A stretch of 64,000 bases of DNA from positions 1 through 64,000 of the forward strand of contig CAVYAN010000086.1 of assembly GCA_963766075.1 (NCBI GenBank), in the 5' to 3' direction. Position 1 is the stretch's first letter; every line of letters starts with the position of its first letter. The translations under genes and the position numbers were made by a program. Below the pieces are notes generated by a model. That model worked only from the letters and a program-made list of their open reading frames with translations. It searched no databases and was not told where the DNA came from. The DNA comes from an uncultured cyanobacterium (GTDB lineage: Bacteria; Cyanobacteriota; Cyanobacteriia; Leptolyngbyales; Leptolyngbyaceae). Positions 54,377 through 64,000 of this stretch are shown one piece after another.

Positions 54377-55435
54377 TTATCCGGCACTCAGCCGAGAGGC
54401 ACACAGGGCCGCACCCACCAGACCCACTTGAGGATTCAGCACAATATGGACGGGGATGCTTTCCAGGAGTCCATGCATCCGTCCTTTGGCCGTAAAGGAC
54501 TTGAGGAAGCCGCCTCGTTGCAAGAGGGGCAGGTTTTTGGCGGCAATCCCCCCAGCAATATAGAGGCCACCGTAGGGCAGCAGCTTCAGGGCCAAGTTGC
54601 CCGCTTCGGCCCCATAGGCTGAGATGAATAGGTCCATCGTCAGTTCACACAGGCGATCGCTCTGGCTTAACGCTGCCCGAGAAATCACCGCCGCCGGCTC
54701 CACCTGTTTTTCAGACTGACCAATTTCGCGCTCCCAACTGCGAACAGCGGCCCCAATATCGGCAGATTCGGGGGCCACTTGGCGATCGCGCAAAAACTGG
54801 TAAATCGCCACAATGCCTTGTCCCGACACGACCCGCTCAACGGAAATGCGCTCAATCTGGTGCTTTTCCAGCAAATAGCGAGAAAGCTGAAACTCCAGCT
54901 CGGTTTGGGGGGCAAAGTCCGCATGTCCCCCTTCCGAGGGATACACCGCATAGCCCGTGGCCTGATGCACCAGGTAGCCTTGGCCTAAGCCCGTACCGGC
55001 CCCAATGACCGCAATCGGCGCTTGGGCAATCGCGATCCCCGGTTGCAGGGTGTAGACATCGGCGGGGGCTAATCCCAGCACGCCATACCCCACCGCAGCA
55101 AAGTCATTGATCAGCTTCACGTGGGCTAGGGCCAATTCCTCGGCCAATCGTTCAGCAGTCAGTGACCAGCCTAAGTTGGTCAATTTAGACGTATCGTTGA
55201 CCACCGGGCCCGCGATCGCAAAACAGGCCGTTTGCGGGGCGATCGTTTCCGGCGCAATTCCCAAACTGTGGGCCGCTGTGGTCAAAAACTGCTGAACCAT
55301 CGGGACCAAGTCGGCAAAGTCACGGCTGGCATACTCCAATTCATACCGCGTAGACAGCCCTAAATCGGCCTCCACCTGCACCAAGCGCAAAATCGTCTTG
55401 GTCCCGCCAATATCCCCTGCCAATAGCACCGCCAT
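54377..55435 (-). CDS. glk: Glucokinase
   Basis: LAGDIGGT, INDF, GAGTGLG, SEGGH, ERVVSGQG. Confidence 0.96.
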   Translation of the reverse strand: MAVLLAGDIGGTKTILRLVQVEADLGLSTRYELEYASRDFADLVPMVQQFLTTAAHSLGIAPETIAPQTACFAIAGPVVNDTSKLTNLGWSLTAERLAEELALAHVKLINDFAAVGYGVLGLAPADVYTLQPGIAIAQAPIAVIGAGTGLGQGYLVHQATGYAVYPSEGGHADFAPQTELEFQLSRYLLEKHQIERISVERVVSGQGIVAIYQFLRDRQVAPESADIGAAVRSWEREIGQSEKQVEPAAVISRAALSQSDRLCELTMDLFISAYGAEAGNLALKLLPYGGLYIAGGIAAKNLPLLQRGGFLKSFTAKGRMHGLLESIPVHIVLNPQVGLVGAALCASRLSAG

Positions 55436-55607
55436 AGTTGCTGCCTCTTGCTGTTCAACGCTGATTTACCGCTGCGGGGCCGTCTGGGGAACTGGAAGAG
55501 ATTGCCCCAAACCCAAGGCCCTTGCCCATTCTCTTGCCCATTCTAGGGCTTACCCATTCTAGGGCTCACCCATTCTATGATTGAGGAGCACGTTGACAAG
55601 GCATTCC

Positions 55608-55844
55608 ATGTCCTCAGACCTTCAAGTTGGCGATCGCGTCCGCATCATTGCGCTGCCCGCCTACGTCAAAACTGCCGATCCCATGCCCATGCTGCGTCCC
55701 CCTACCGTCCTTTCCCTCGGCGAAGAGGGTATCATACTGGCACGCCATCCGGGCAACTCCTGGAGCATTCGCCTGCGCCAGGGCAAGTACTTACTTGATA
55801 GTCAGTACTTAGAGCGCGTGGAGGCAGAAATCAATGACCCATAA
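55608..55844 (+). CDS. sipA: NblS-interacting regulatory protein SipA (DUF3148)
   Basis: YVKTADPMPMLRPP, GEEG, YLLDSQYLE. Confidence 0.9.
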   Translation: MSSDLQVGDRVRIIALPAYVKTADPMPMLRPPTVLSLGEEGIILARHPGNSWSIRLRQGKYLLDSQYLERVEAEINDP

Positions 55845-55862
55845 CGCATATTTGCTGGCCGC

Positions 55863-57176
55863 ATGACGACTCCTTTTCCCTCACCCGAATCACCCTCCCC
55901 CCGTCTAGGCGAGGGTGACGCTCAGAACGGCATTCCTGCCAGTGGTATTCCTCACAATGGCGCAAACAATGGCGCAATCCAGCGGGGGCGAGAGGCACTG
56001 ATCACGTCTCCGCTCAGTCGGGTTGAGACGCTGCCCCCACCCCCGGTAAGCTGGGATCGTTCGCCAGAGGCCATTTCTCGCCTAACCCAGTCGGGGATCA
56101 TTTTGGTGGCGATCGCGATCATGGTGACGGGCTGGGTCACGAATAGCCTGTGGCTAAGTCTGGCAGGTACTCTGGTGGCCCTAATTGTGTCTTTGCGTGT
56201 GCTGTGGACACCGCTAAAGCCTGTCATTTTAGAACTGGTTTCGGATCAGGACTTTGCCATTTTGGTGGCGAGTATTGGGGGGATTCTGGCCCTGGTCACA
56301 GGACTGCGCTGGGTCGGAGTCGGGCGCAGTCTGAATGCCTGGTTTGCCATCGCGAATTGGGATGCGATCGGCGCGCTGGGGGAAGTGTTTGGTGCGCTGG
56401 GGCAAATTCTGATTGCTATTTTGGCGGTGTATATTGCATGGCGGCAGTATGTCATTTCCAAAGATTTGACGATTCAGCAAAACACCATCACCCAGCAACA
56501 AACCATTGATACCTACTTCCAGGGCATTTCCGATTTGGTACTGGATGACGAAGGGCTGCTCGAGGACTGGCCCCAGGAGCGCGCGATCGCCGAAGGCCGC
56601 ACCGCCGCCATTCTCAGCAGTGTTGACGCCGGGGGCAAAGCCAAAATTATCCGATTTCTGTCGCGAGCGCGGTTGTTAACCCCGCTCAAGCGCGATCGGC
56701 GGTTGGGCCGTCCCATCCTCGACGGGGCCGGAGGCTATGAGGAAGATCGGCTGCATGGCGTGCGGGTGATTGATCTGGGCGTCATGCTGGCAGGCGCGCT
56801 GCTAGCGGGTACTGACCTGCGGTGGACCGATCTCAGTGAAGCCAATCTCATCCGAGCGGATTTGGGGCGCTGTGATTTGGTGAAAACTAATTTTTCCCGA
56901 GCGATCCTCGTCGATGCCAGTCTCCGAGAAGCGGATCTAAACGGCACCCGGTTTTTCTACGGAAATTTTGAGATGGCCTGTCCCCGCAGCAAAACTATTC
57001 CTCCCAACCACAAAACCGGCGAACATACCGGGGCCGTGATTGAAAACGCAGACTTCACCGGGGCCATCCAAATGAATGCGGAACAACGCTACTACTGCTG
57101 TGCCTGGGGCGGGACTAAAACTCGCAGCACGATCCCTGGCGGTTGTGAGGGTGTTCCCAACAAGTTAGGACGCTAG
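55863..57176 (+). CDS. Membrane pentapeptide repeat protein
   Basis: TM helices; WRQYVISKDLTIQQN; pentapeptide repeats; CCAWGG. Confidence 0.88.
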   Translation: MTTPFPSPESPSPRLGEGDAQNGIPASGIPHNGANNGAIQRGREALITSPLSRVETLPPPPVSWDRSPEAISRLTQSGIILVAIAIMVTGWVTNSLWLSLAGTLVALIVSLRVLWTPLKPVILELVSDQDFAILVASIGGILALVTGLRWVGVGRSLNAWFAIANWDAIGALGEVFGALGQILIAILAVYIAWRQYVISKDLTIQQNTITQQQTIDTYFQGISDLVLDDEGLLEDWPQERAIAEGRTAAILSSVDAGGKAKIIRFLSRARLLTPLKRDRRLGRPILDGAGGYEEDRLHGVRVIDLGVMLAGALLAGTDLRWTDLSEANLIRADLGRCDLVKTNFSRAILVDASLREADLNGTRFFYGNFEMACPRSKTIPPNHKTGEHTGAVIENADFTGAIQMNAEQRYYCCAWGGTKTRSTIPGGCEGVPNKLGR

Positions 57177-57208
57177 GGACGAGTAGAAATTAAACACTAA
57201 CGATTAAC

Positions 57209-58228
57209 ATGCAGCCCTTCTACTCCCTGATCATCCCGATTTATAACGAGGAAGCGACGATCGCTGAGCTTTATCGCCGGATGGATGGGGTGATGACCCT
57301 GCTGGACGGGCCGGTGGAATTGATTTTGGTGAATGATGGCAGTCGCGATCGCTCCTTGGCGCTGATTCGCGCCTTGCACGAGGCCGATCCCCGCGTCTGT
57401 TACATCAGTTTTGCCCGCAATTTTGGCCACCAAATTGCTGTGACGGCGGGCCTTAATTTTTCCCGGGGGCAAGTGATTGTAATTTTGGATGCGGATTTGC
57501 AAGATCCGCCAGAGTTGATCCCAAAAATGGTGGACCAGTGGCGACAGGGGTACGCTGTTGTCTATGCCCAACGCACCCAGCGCCGCCAAGAAAGCTGGTT
57601 CAAACGCTTAACTGCCTACGTCTTTTACCGCCTGTTGAAGCAGTTGGCGGATGTGGACATTCCCACGGATACAGGAGACTTTTGCTTATTGGATCGCTGT
57701 GTTGTGGATGTGCTCAATGCGATGCCAGAGCGAAATCGGTATATCCGAGGATTGCGATCGTGGATCGGCTTTCGCCAAACCGCCGTTCATTTTGAGCGCG
57801 ATCCCCGCTTTGCCGGAGAAGTCAAATACACCTTCGCCAAATCCCTGGCCCTCGCCATCAATGGCTTAGTCTCCTTTTCCCAAGTTCCCCTGCGCCTCTC
57901 AACCTATTTGGGCTTGGCGGCGGCTCTAGCGGCTTTAGTTATGGTGTTGCTAGTGCTCTATTGGCGCATTAGCTATCCGGCCTCTCCCCTCACCGGTTAC
58001 GCCACGATTGCCATTGCTATTTTCTTCCTCGGAGCGGTCCAACTCTTCAGCATCGGCATTCTCGGCGAATACATCGGGCGCATCTACGAAGAAGTCAAAA
58101 ATCGCCCCCTCTATACCTTGGCAGAAGTCGCAGGCTTTGAAAAAAGCGCTAAGGCAGGGCTCAGCACTACCCCGCCCGCTCAAAATCAATATCCAGATCC
58201 CTATCGGCAGTCCAGAGACCGTCGATAA
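57209..58228 (+). CDS. GT2 glycosyltransferase (GtrB/ArnC-like)
   Basis: [27 protein letters not shown], two C-terminal TMs. Confidence 0.93.
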   Translation: MQPFYSLIIPIYNEEATIAELYRRMDGVMTLLDGPVELILVNDGSRDRSLALIRALHEADPRVCYISFARNFGHQIAVTAGLNFSRGQVIVILDADLQDPPELIPKMVDQWRQGYAVVYAQRTQRRQESWFKRLTAYVFYRLLKQLADVDIPTDTGDFCLLDRCVVDVLNAMPERNRYIRGLRSWIGFRQTAVHFERDPRFAGEVKYTFAKSLALAINGLVSFSQVPLRLSTYLGLAAALAALVMVLLVLYWRISYPASPLTGYATIAIAIFFLGAVQLFSIGILGEYIGRIYEEVKNRPLYTLAEVAGFEKSAKAGLSTTPPAQNQYPDPYRQSRDRR

Positions 58229-58334
58229 TCCCGCGCCTGCTCCCCTCCGCGCCTACTTCATCCTTTCCTCATTTATCTCCCCGCTTTCCCTTAAAATAAG
58301 TTCTTATGCTGAAGGTCATCTTGGGAGAGAAGGC

Positions 58335-59423
58335 GTGCCAAAATCCTCGAAATACTTAATTGTTGGTTCCACCGAAGCCTACAGTGGCAAGTCAGCAGCA
58401 GTGCTGGGCATTGCCCATCAGTTGCAGCGGCAGGGCCTAGACATTGCCTTTGGCAAACCCCTCGGCAATTGTTGGGAAGGGAAAAAAACACCAGACCTGG
58501 ATGATGATGTAAAATTCGTTTCCGAAATTTTGGACTTGCCGTCCCGTCGCCTACAGCCCACTGTTCTGTTTCTTGATGATCTGACGATCCAACAGCGCGT
58601 ACAGGGCAAAGATACCACCAACTACCAACAGTCCCTTCTGTCCTCCCGCGAGACGCAGGATGCAGACTTGGTGCTCTTAGAAGGGCCCGCCAATTTGGAA
58701 GAAGGCACATTATTTGATTTGGCCTTGGAGCAAATGGCGAGTGTGCTGGATGCCAAGATTTTGCTGGTGGCACGGTTCCATTCGCTCTTGATTGTCGGGG
58801 CACTGATTTCGGCGAAGCGACGGTTGGGCGATCGCCTCTTGGGTGTCCTGATCAACGATATTCCCGAAGATCGGCTAGGCGAGGTCAAAACCTCAGTCCA
58901 ACCCTGTCTCGCAAAATATGGTATTCCCGTCCTGGGTTTGATGCCCCGCAATGCCCTCCTGCGCAGTGTCAGTGTCGGCGAACTGGTTCATCAACTCAAG
59001 GCAGAAGTACTGTGCCGCAAAGATCGCATGGATTTGATGGTGGAAAGTCTCAGTATCGGTGCGATGAATGTTAACTCGGCCCTCAAATATTTCCGGAAGG
59101 GAAGAAATATGGCCGTGGTCACCGGGGGCGATCGCACGGACATTCAACTGGCAGCTTTAGAAACGTCTACCCAATGCCTGATTCTGACCGGACAAATGCC
59201 GCCAACGCCTGCGGTCATTAGCCGTGCCGAGGATCTAGAAATTCCAATTCTTTCCGTTGATCTTGATACCCTCACCACCGTAGAAATTGTCGATCATGCC
59301 TTTGGGCATGTGCGGGTGCATGAGCCGCTCAAAGTGCAATGCATCAATCAAATGATGACAGAGTATTTCAACGTCAAACAGTTGCTCGCCGATTTAGGCT
59401 TGGAACCTGTGGCCACGGTCTAG
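58335..59423 (+). CDS. Phosphotransacetylase-family (AAA_26/DRTGG) protein
   Basis: STEAYSGKS, IGAM, VTGGDRTDIQLAALE; start GTG 58335. Confidence 0.88.
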   Translation: MPKSSKYLIVGSTEAYSGKSAAVLGIAHQLQRQGLDIAFGKPLGNCWEGKKTPDLDDDVKFVSEILDLPSRRLQPTVLFLDDLTIQQRVQGKDTTNYQQSLLSSRETQDADLVLLEGPANLEEGTLFDLALEQMASVLDAKILLVARFHSLLIVGALISAKRRLGDRLLGVLINDIPEDRLGEVKTSVQPCLAKYGIPVLGLMPRNALLRSVSVGELVHQLKAEVLCRKDRMDLMVESLSIGAMNVNSALKYFRKGRNMAVVTGGDRTDIQLAALETSTQCLILTGQMPPTPAVISRAEDLEIPILSVDLDTLTTVEIVDHAFGHVRVHEPLKVQCINQMMTEYFNVKQLLADLGLEPVATV

Positions 59424-59537
59424 AGGACACGATCCGCCCACTGGGTGCGATCGCCCACTGGGTGCGCTTGTCCAACTGTTCTAGAGCACGGCGATCGTCG
59501 CCCGTTCCAATCAACCTGTTCCCTCACAGCCTCCCCT

Positions 59538-60611
59538 ATGCTCCTCTGGAAATCTCGGTTTTGGCCATCGGGTTTACTCGCAATCGCGCTCCTTTTCCCC
59601 CTCGTTAGCTGTGGTGGGGACGGCACCGATCCGAGTGTCGGTGGGAACGGCATGCCCGTAACGGGCCGATTGGCGGAGGTGCTCCAACGGGGCAAGCTCG
59701 TGTGTGGCGTCAGCGGAGAACTGCCGGGATTCAGCTTTGTTGGGCAGGATGGCAAATATTCCGGCCTGGACGTGGATGTCTGTCGGGCCGTTGCTGCTGC
59801 CCTCTTCAACAACCCCGATGCGGTAGAGTTCCGCAACTTGAACGCCAAGGAGCGCTTCACCGCCGTGCAAACTGGAGAAGTTGATATCCTCAGCCGGAAT
59901 ACGACGAACACCCTCAGTCGGGACACTTCCGTCGGTCTGGAGTTTGGCCCCACCGTCTTTTATGATGGGCAGGCCATCATGGTCAAAAAATCCAGAAACA
60001 TCAAGACCCTCGCTGATCTAAAAGGCAAATCCATCTGCATTCAAACCGGCACCACCACGGAGCAAAACCTCACCGATCAAATGCGCAAACGGGGGATTAC
60101 CTACAAGTCCCTGGTTTTTGAGGATGTCAACACAGTATTTGCGACCTATGCCCAGGGACGCTGCGAAGGAGTGACCGCCGATCGCTCCCAATTAATCTCC
60201 CGCCGTACCACCTTGCCCCAACCCACGGATCACCTGATTCTCAACGACGTCCTGTCTAAAGAACCCCTGGCCCCCGCTGTTGCCGATGGCGATGCCGCTT
60301 GGAGTAACACCGTTCGGTGGATTATTTACGCCCTGATTGAAGCCGAAGAACTCAACATTACGTCCAAAACCGTGGCCCAGCAGGCATCCAGTTCCGACCC
60401 CGGTATCAAACGCTTCCTAGGGACCGAAGGCGATCTGGGGAAAGGTATGGGCTTGCCGAATGACTTCACCCTCCGGGTGATTAAACATGTGGGTAACTAT
60501 GGTGAAATTTATACCCGCAACCTGGGCCCCCAAACGCAGTTCAACTTGCCTCGGGGCCAAAACAACCTTTGGACCCAGGGTGGACTCATGTTTTCGCCCC
60601 CGTTTCGTTAG
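59538..60611 (+). CDS. Amino acid ABC transporter substrate-binding lipoprotein (AapJ/BztA/NatF-like)
   Basis: Lipobox LVSC; GKLVCGV, RNTT, FYDGQ, SKEPLAP, VGNYGEIY. Confidence 0.92.
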   Translation: MLLWKSRFWPSGLLAIALLFPLVSCGGDGTDPSVGGNGMPVTGRLAEVLQRGKLVCGVSGELPGFSFVGQDGKYSGLDVDVCRAVAAALFNNPDAVEFRNLNAKERFTAVQTGEVDILSRNTTNTLSRDTSVGLEFGPTVFYDGQAIMVKKSRNIKTLADLKGKSICIQTGTTTEQNLTDQMRKRGITYKSLVFEDVNTVFATYAQGRCEGVTADRSQLISRRTTLPQPTDHLILNDVLSKEPLAPAVADGDAAWSNTVRWIIYALIEAEELNITSKTVAQQASSSDPGIKRFLGTEGDLGKGMGLPNDFTLRVIKHVGNYGEIYTRNLGPQTQFNLPRGQNNLWTQGGLMFSPPFR

Positions 60612-60673
60612 GCGATGCTGGCTAGGAATATGGCAGGACATGTGGAAATTCTTGGGCTTCCCAAAACCTTGAT

Positions 60674-61291
60674 TCACAGCGCTTTCCCATGCTGGGTGAA
60701 CTCAACCTCTTGAATTTGCCACTGCGAATTGGCGGTGAGGGTTTTACGAATACTTCCCAATAAGCCCAATTGTTCACAGCTAGACAGGGAAGCCAGTTGG
60801 CGCTTAGATCCGGGAGCCACCCGCAAATCCACCGTAGCAACACCACTGGCAACAGCAACGCGGTAACCTGCTAAGTCGAAGTCGGCATTATCCCAAGTTT
60901 CTAGAATGCGGGCGATCGCCCCCACCAACGCATCATGCCTAGGCAACACCACTTTTTCCGAAACAACGTTTAAACATTGGCGATCGGCTTTATAGATAAA
61001 CACCGTAGTCATGGGTGTTGACATCGGCTGTTCGCGCATCCGGCGGGGTGACACCGGACCACCTGCAGGACTTGCGGCAGTGCTGGGCGTCCCCTTAAGG
61101 CCGGGACTAGAAATGGGACTGGGCGCGAGACTGGGGATAGAACTGGGAATCGGAGAAACCGCCGGAACTGCAGACGTAACAGAAGCCGCTGGCGGCCCGC
61201 TGGGTGGGGTAGGCATACAACTGGTAACCCCCAGCGCGATCGCCGCCAACACGCCCCATCCCTGCCACCACACTGCCAAACCTTGCTCCAT
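60674..61291 (-). CDS. Lipoprotein with GerMN-like C-terminal domain
   Basis: Lipobox VTSC, Pro/Ser linker, VATVDLR...SLSSCEQ...SIRKTLT. Confidence 0.75.
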   Translation of the reverse strand: MEQGLAVWWQGWGVLAAIALGVTSCMPTPPSGPPAASVTSAVPAVSPIPSSIPSLAPSPISSPGLKGTPSTAASPAGGPVSPRRMREQPMSTPMTTVFIYKADRQCLNVVSEKVVLPRHDALVGAIARILETWDNADFDLAGYRVAVASGVATVDLRVAPGSKRQLASLSSCEQLGLLGSIRKTLTANSQWQIQEVEFTQHGKAL

Positions 61292-61627
61292 TACCGCTAC
61301 TCCACAACTCAAACCGCATCCCACCGATCAATGGCAATCTGCCCCAGCCCTCTTCTCCTTCACCTTACCCTTAATTTTTCCCGGAGACCTCTGAGTCTTG
61401 GGGAATTTACGTAAGGCTAAAGTCAAGTCCTCTTGAAGTATCGGTCTACCCGTTGGACCAAATGACACCTTGGGGTAGCATAGACCTAGCGGTGCCTATT
61501 ATCAGTCATCGATGTTGAATTCTGTGACGTTCATGGACATAGGTCCATTCCTTAACAATGAATAACCTCCCCTGATCTGGTAGTCCTTTAGTCTCCCAGC
61601 GCGGGGGAGACATGCGGAGATGCCATC

Positions 61628-62986
61628 ATGCTTACCCAGGAAGGTCGCGCGTCACTGTCAGATTTCTCTGACTTGAACAGACTTAAATTAGATCTGAATG
61701 AACTACAAGCCGTTGACGTCGGCGACTTTATTGCTGACTTGCCGCCCTCGCGGCGAGCGATCGCCTTTCGCCTCCTTAACAAAGGCCAAGCTACAGACGT
61801 ATTTGAATACCTGAATCCAGAAGTCCGCGAAGAACTGATCGGTGCCCTCCACGATACCCATGTCTGCCAAATTCTGGAAGCCATGCGTCCGGACGATCGC
61901 GCCGAGCTGTTTGACGAACTGCCCGCCAGCGTGGTCCGGCGCTTAATCCAACAGCTCAGTCCCTTGGAACGGCAAGCCACAGCCACTATTCTGGGCTATC
62001 CCGAAGGCACGGCTGGACGGGTCATGACCACAGAATATGTGCGACTGCGGCAGGGCCTAACCGTCGCGGAAGCCCTCAGCAAAATTCGGTTGAATGACCA
62101 AGACAAGGAAACGGTCTATTACGCGTATGTGACCGATGACAACCGCAAACTGATGCAGGTCGTCTCTCTGCGGCAATTGCTGTTTTCGATTCCCGATGCC
62201 TTAATTCGCGATATTGCCAGCGATCGCGTCCTCAGGGTCCACACCGAAACGCCCCAAGGCGAAGTGGCCCAAACCATGAAGCGCTACGACCTCTTGGCCA
62301 TGCCCGTGGTTGATCGTGAAGATCGGCTGGTGGGCATTGTCACCATTGACGACATGGTGGACGTCTTGGAAGAAGAGGCCACGGAAGATATGCAAAAACT
62401 GGTAGGGGTGAATGGGGGCGACGAGTCCGCCCTGTCGCACCCGCTGCAAAAACTGCGAAACCGTCTGCCTTGGCTGCTGAGCATTATGGCGCTGTATATT
62501 GGAGCCTCCAGTGCGATCGCACCTTTTCAGTCCACCATCTCGGCAGTCCCCGTTTTGGCCGTGCTGATGCCGCTGTTTTCCAATACGGGCGGCACTGTCG
62601 GTATCCAAGCCCTCACCGTCACAATTCGCTCGCTCGGGGTGGGCGAAATTAGCCTACAGGATACCCGCCGCGTGGTCAAAAAGGAGCTCCTCGCCGGATT
62701 AGGAACAGCCTTGGCCCTAGGGACAATGATGATGTTACTGTCGCTGATCTGGACGGGGGCGGGTGATCGCTGGGTCGGCGTTGTGGCAGGCATTGTCATG
62801 GCCACCAATAGCCTAGTAGCGGTCACCCTAGGCAGCTTGTTGCCCATGGCGCTGAAACGCCTCAAGTGTGATCCGGCCTTGATCAGTGGGCCATTGGTCA
62901 CCACGTTGCTGGACACCATTGGCTTTATTTTGTTTTTGTCACTAATCACCTTTAGCTTAAATGTGCTGAAGTTTCAGACGGGCTGA
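61628..62986 (+). CDS. mgtE: Magnesium transporter MgtE
   Basis: YPEGTAGRVMT, CBS pair, RLPWL, DPALISGPLVTTLLD. Confidence 0.95.
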   Translation: MLTQEGRASLSDFSDLNRLKLDLNELQAVDVGDFIADLPPSRRAIAFRLLNKGQATDVFEYLNPEVREELIGALHDTHVCQILEAMRPDDRAELFDELPASVVRRLIQQLSPLERQATATILGYPEGTAGRVMTTEYVRLRQGLTVAEALSKIRLNDQDKETVYYAYVTDDNRKLMQVVSLRQLLFSIPDALIRDIASDRVLRVHTETPQGEVAQTMKRYDLLAMPVVDREDRLVGIVTIDDMVDVLEEEATEDMQKLVGVNGGDESALSHPLQKLRNRLPWLLSIMALYIGASSAIAPFQSTISAVPVLAVLMPLFSNTGGTVGIQALTVTIRSLGVGEISLQDTRRVVKKELLAGLGTALALGTMMMLLSLIWTGAGDRWVGVVAGIVMATNSLVAVTLGSLLPMALKRLKCDPALISGPLVTTLLDTIGFILFLSLITFSLNVLKFQTG

Positions 62987-63174
62987 AGAGGCAGGACGAC
63001 CCGGGACACAGTTCCCGGTTGTCCCCTGCGGTGCCATCTCGGCTCCTCCTTCACAGAATCTAAATGATTGTCCGAGTAACCCCAGGTATTCTCCAAGACT
63101 TACCGCCCGACAGTCTCACCGCGCACCTAGCGCCCTACAATGCTAATGATCACTCGCTAGTTTGGAGAATTGCT

Positions 63175-63687
63175 GTGGATCTGTCTCTGATTCCGCCCCA
63201 GCCAAAACCCGGTTTACTCAACGTCCTGATTGAAATTCCCGCAGGCAGCAAAAATAAGTACGAATTCGATAAAGATCTCAACGCCTTCGCCCTTGATCGC
63301 GTGCTCTATGCCTCTGTCATGTACCCCATGGACTACGGCTTTGTTCCCAATACTCTGGCGGATGATGGGGACCCCCTCGACGGTATGGTGATCATGGATC
63401 AGCCCACCTTCCCCGGTTGTGTGATTGCGGCCCGTCCCATTGGCATGTTGGAAATGATTGATGGCGGCGATCGCGACGAAAAAATCCTTTGCGTTCCGGA
63501 TAAGGACCCCCGCTACGCCCATGTTAAATGTCTTGCGGACATCGCTACCCACCGCCTCGATGAAGTTGCCGAATTCTTTCGGACTTACAAAAATCTAGAG
63601 AAAAAAGTAACGGAAATTCTAGGTTGGAAGGATGTTGACGCCGTTCTCCCCCTAGTCGAACAGTGCATCAAAGCCGCTGCTCAGTAA
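63175..63687 (+). CDS. ppa: Inorganic pyrophosphatase
   Basis: [38 protein letters not shown] start after a GGAG SD. Confidence 0.96.
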   Translation: MDLSLIPPQPKPGLLNVLIEIPAGSKNKYEFDKDLNAFALDRVLYASVMYPMDYGFVPNTLADDGDPLDGMVIMDQPTFPGCVIAARPIGMLEMIDGGDRDEKILCVPDKDPRYAHVKCLADIATHRLDEVAEFFRTYKNLEKKVTEILGWKDVDAVLPLVEQCIKAAAQ

Positions 63688-63733
63688 TCCCTTACGCCCA
63701 GCCGGGGTCACTAGCTTGGGCCTATAACTTTTC

Positions 63734-63781
63734 TGTAGCGTAGGCGTGGGCTGGTCGTTCTCGCCAATCGCCTACGCTACA
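63734..63781 (+). terminator. Hairpin downstream of ppa
   Basis: Perfect 13-bp inverted repeat TGTAGCGTAGGCG/CGCCTACGCTACA. Confidence 0.65.
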
Positions 63782-64000
63782 ATTTAAGCAGGTTCATCCT
63801 TTCCCAATGCTTGCTAATATTCCCGGTTCAGTGCATATTTGACCGATTGTTAGCCTATTCTCAGGGTCTGACACTCAAAGAATGATACTCCGACCCGAAA
63901 TTCGTTCCTATTTGTCAAGCATCCGTGCATTTCGAGTAGCCCTGCCTGCTGCTTCGCCTGTCACTCGATCGCCAACGCAGCATTAACCCTGATCGCTCAG

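Noticed and set aside
61395..61627. M-box or other riboswitch upstream of mgtE
   Set aside because: Only a short hairpin (GTCTCCC...GGGAGAC) is visible; no recognisable aptamer consensus.

Overview
Chromosomal window from a cyanobacterium (frequent HIP1 octamer GCGATCGC; cyanobacterial genes sqdB/sqdX, plmA, ycf34, ldpA, sipA). Most of it is housekeeping: serS, carA, trpD, sat, cca, birA, cysK, efp-accB, proA, gltX, glk, mgtE, ppa. It also holds a complete guanidine-utilisation operon (gdmH, HypA/HypB-like Ni chaperones, ABC transporter) behind a guanidine-I riboswitch and an NtcA-activated promoter. Less obvious signals: (1) a PirA-like domain fused to an unknown domain, with a perfect NtcA box between its -35 and -10 (repression layout), one gene away from the guanidine operon; (2) an unlisted 38-aa single-TM microprotein facing a small secreted-peptide-like ORF; (3) a histidine-kinase relic broken by tandem micro-duplications, which recur at many gene junctions; (4) an Rpn/DUF4351 gene with a likely internal antitoxin start; (5) several single-base frameshifts, including one in efp, that most likely reflect assembly indel errors. 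I saw no rRNA, tRNA, CRISPR array or intact IS element. All family calls come from recognising motifs by eye; no database search was run.
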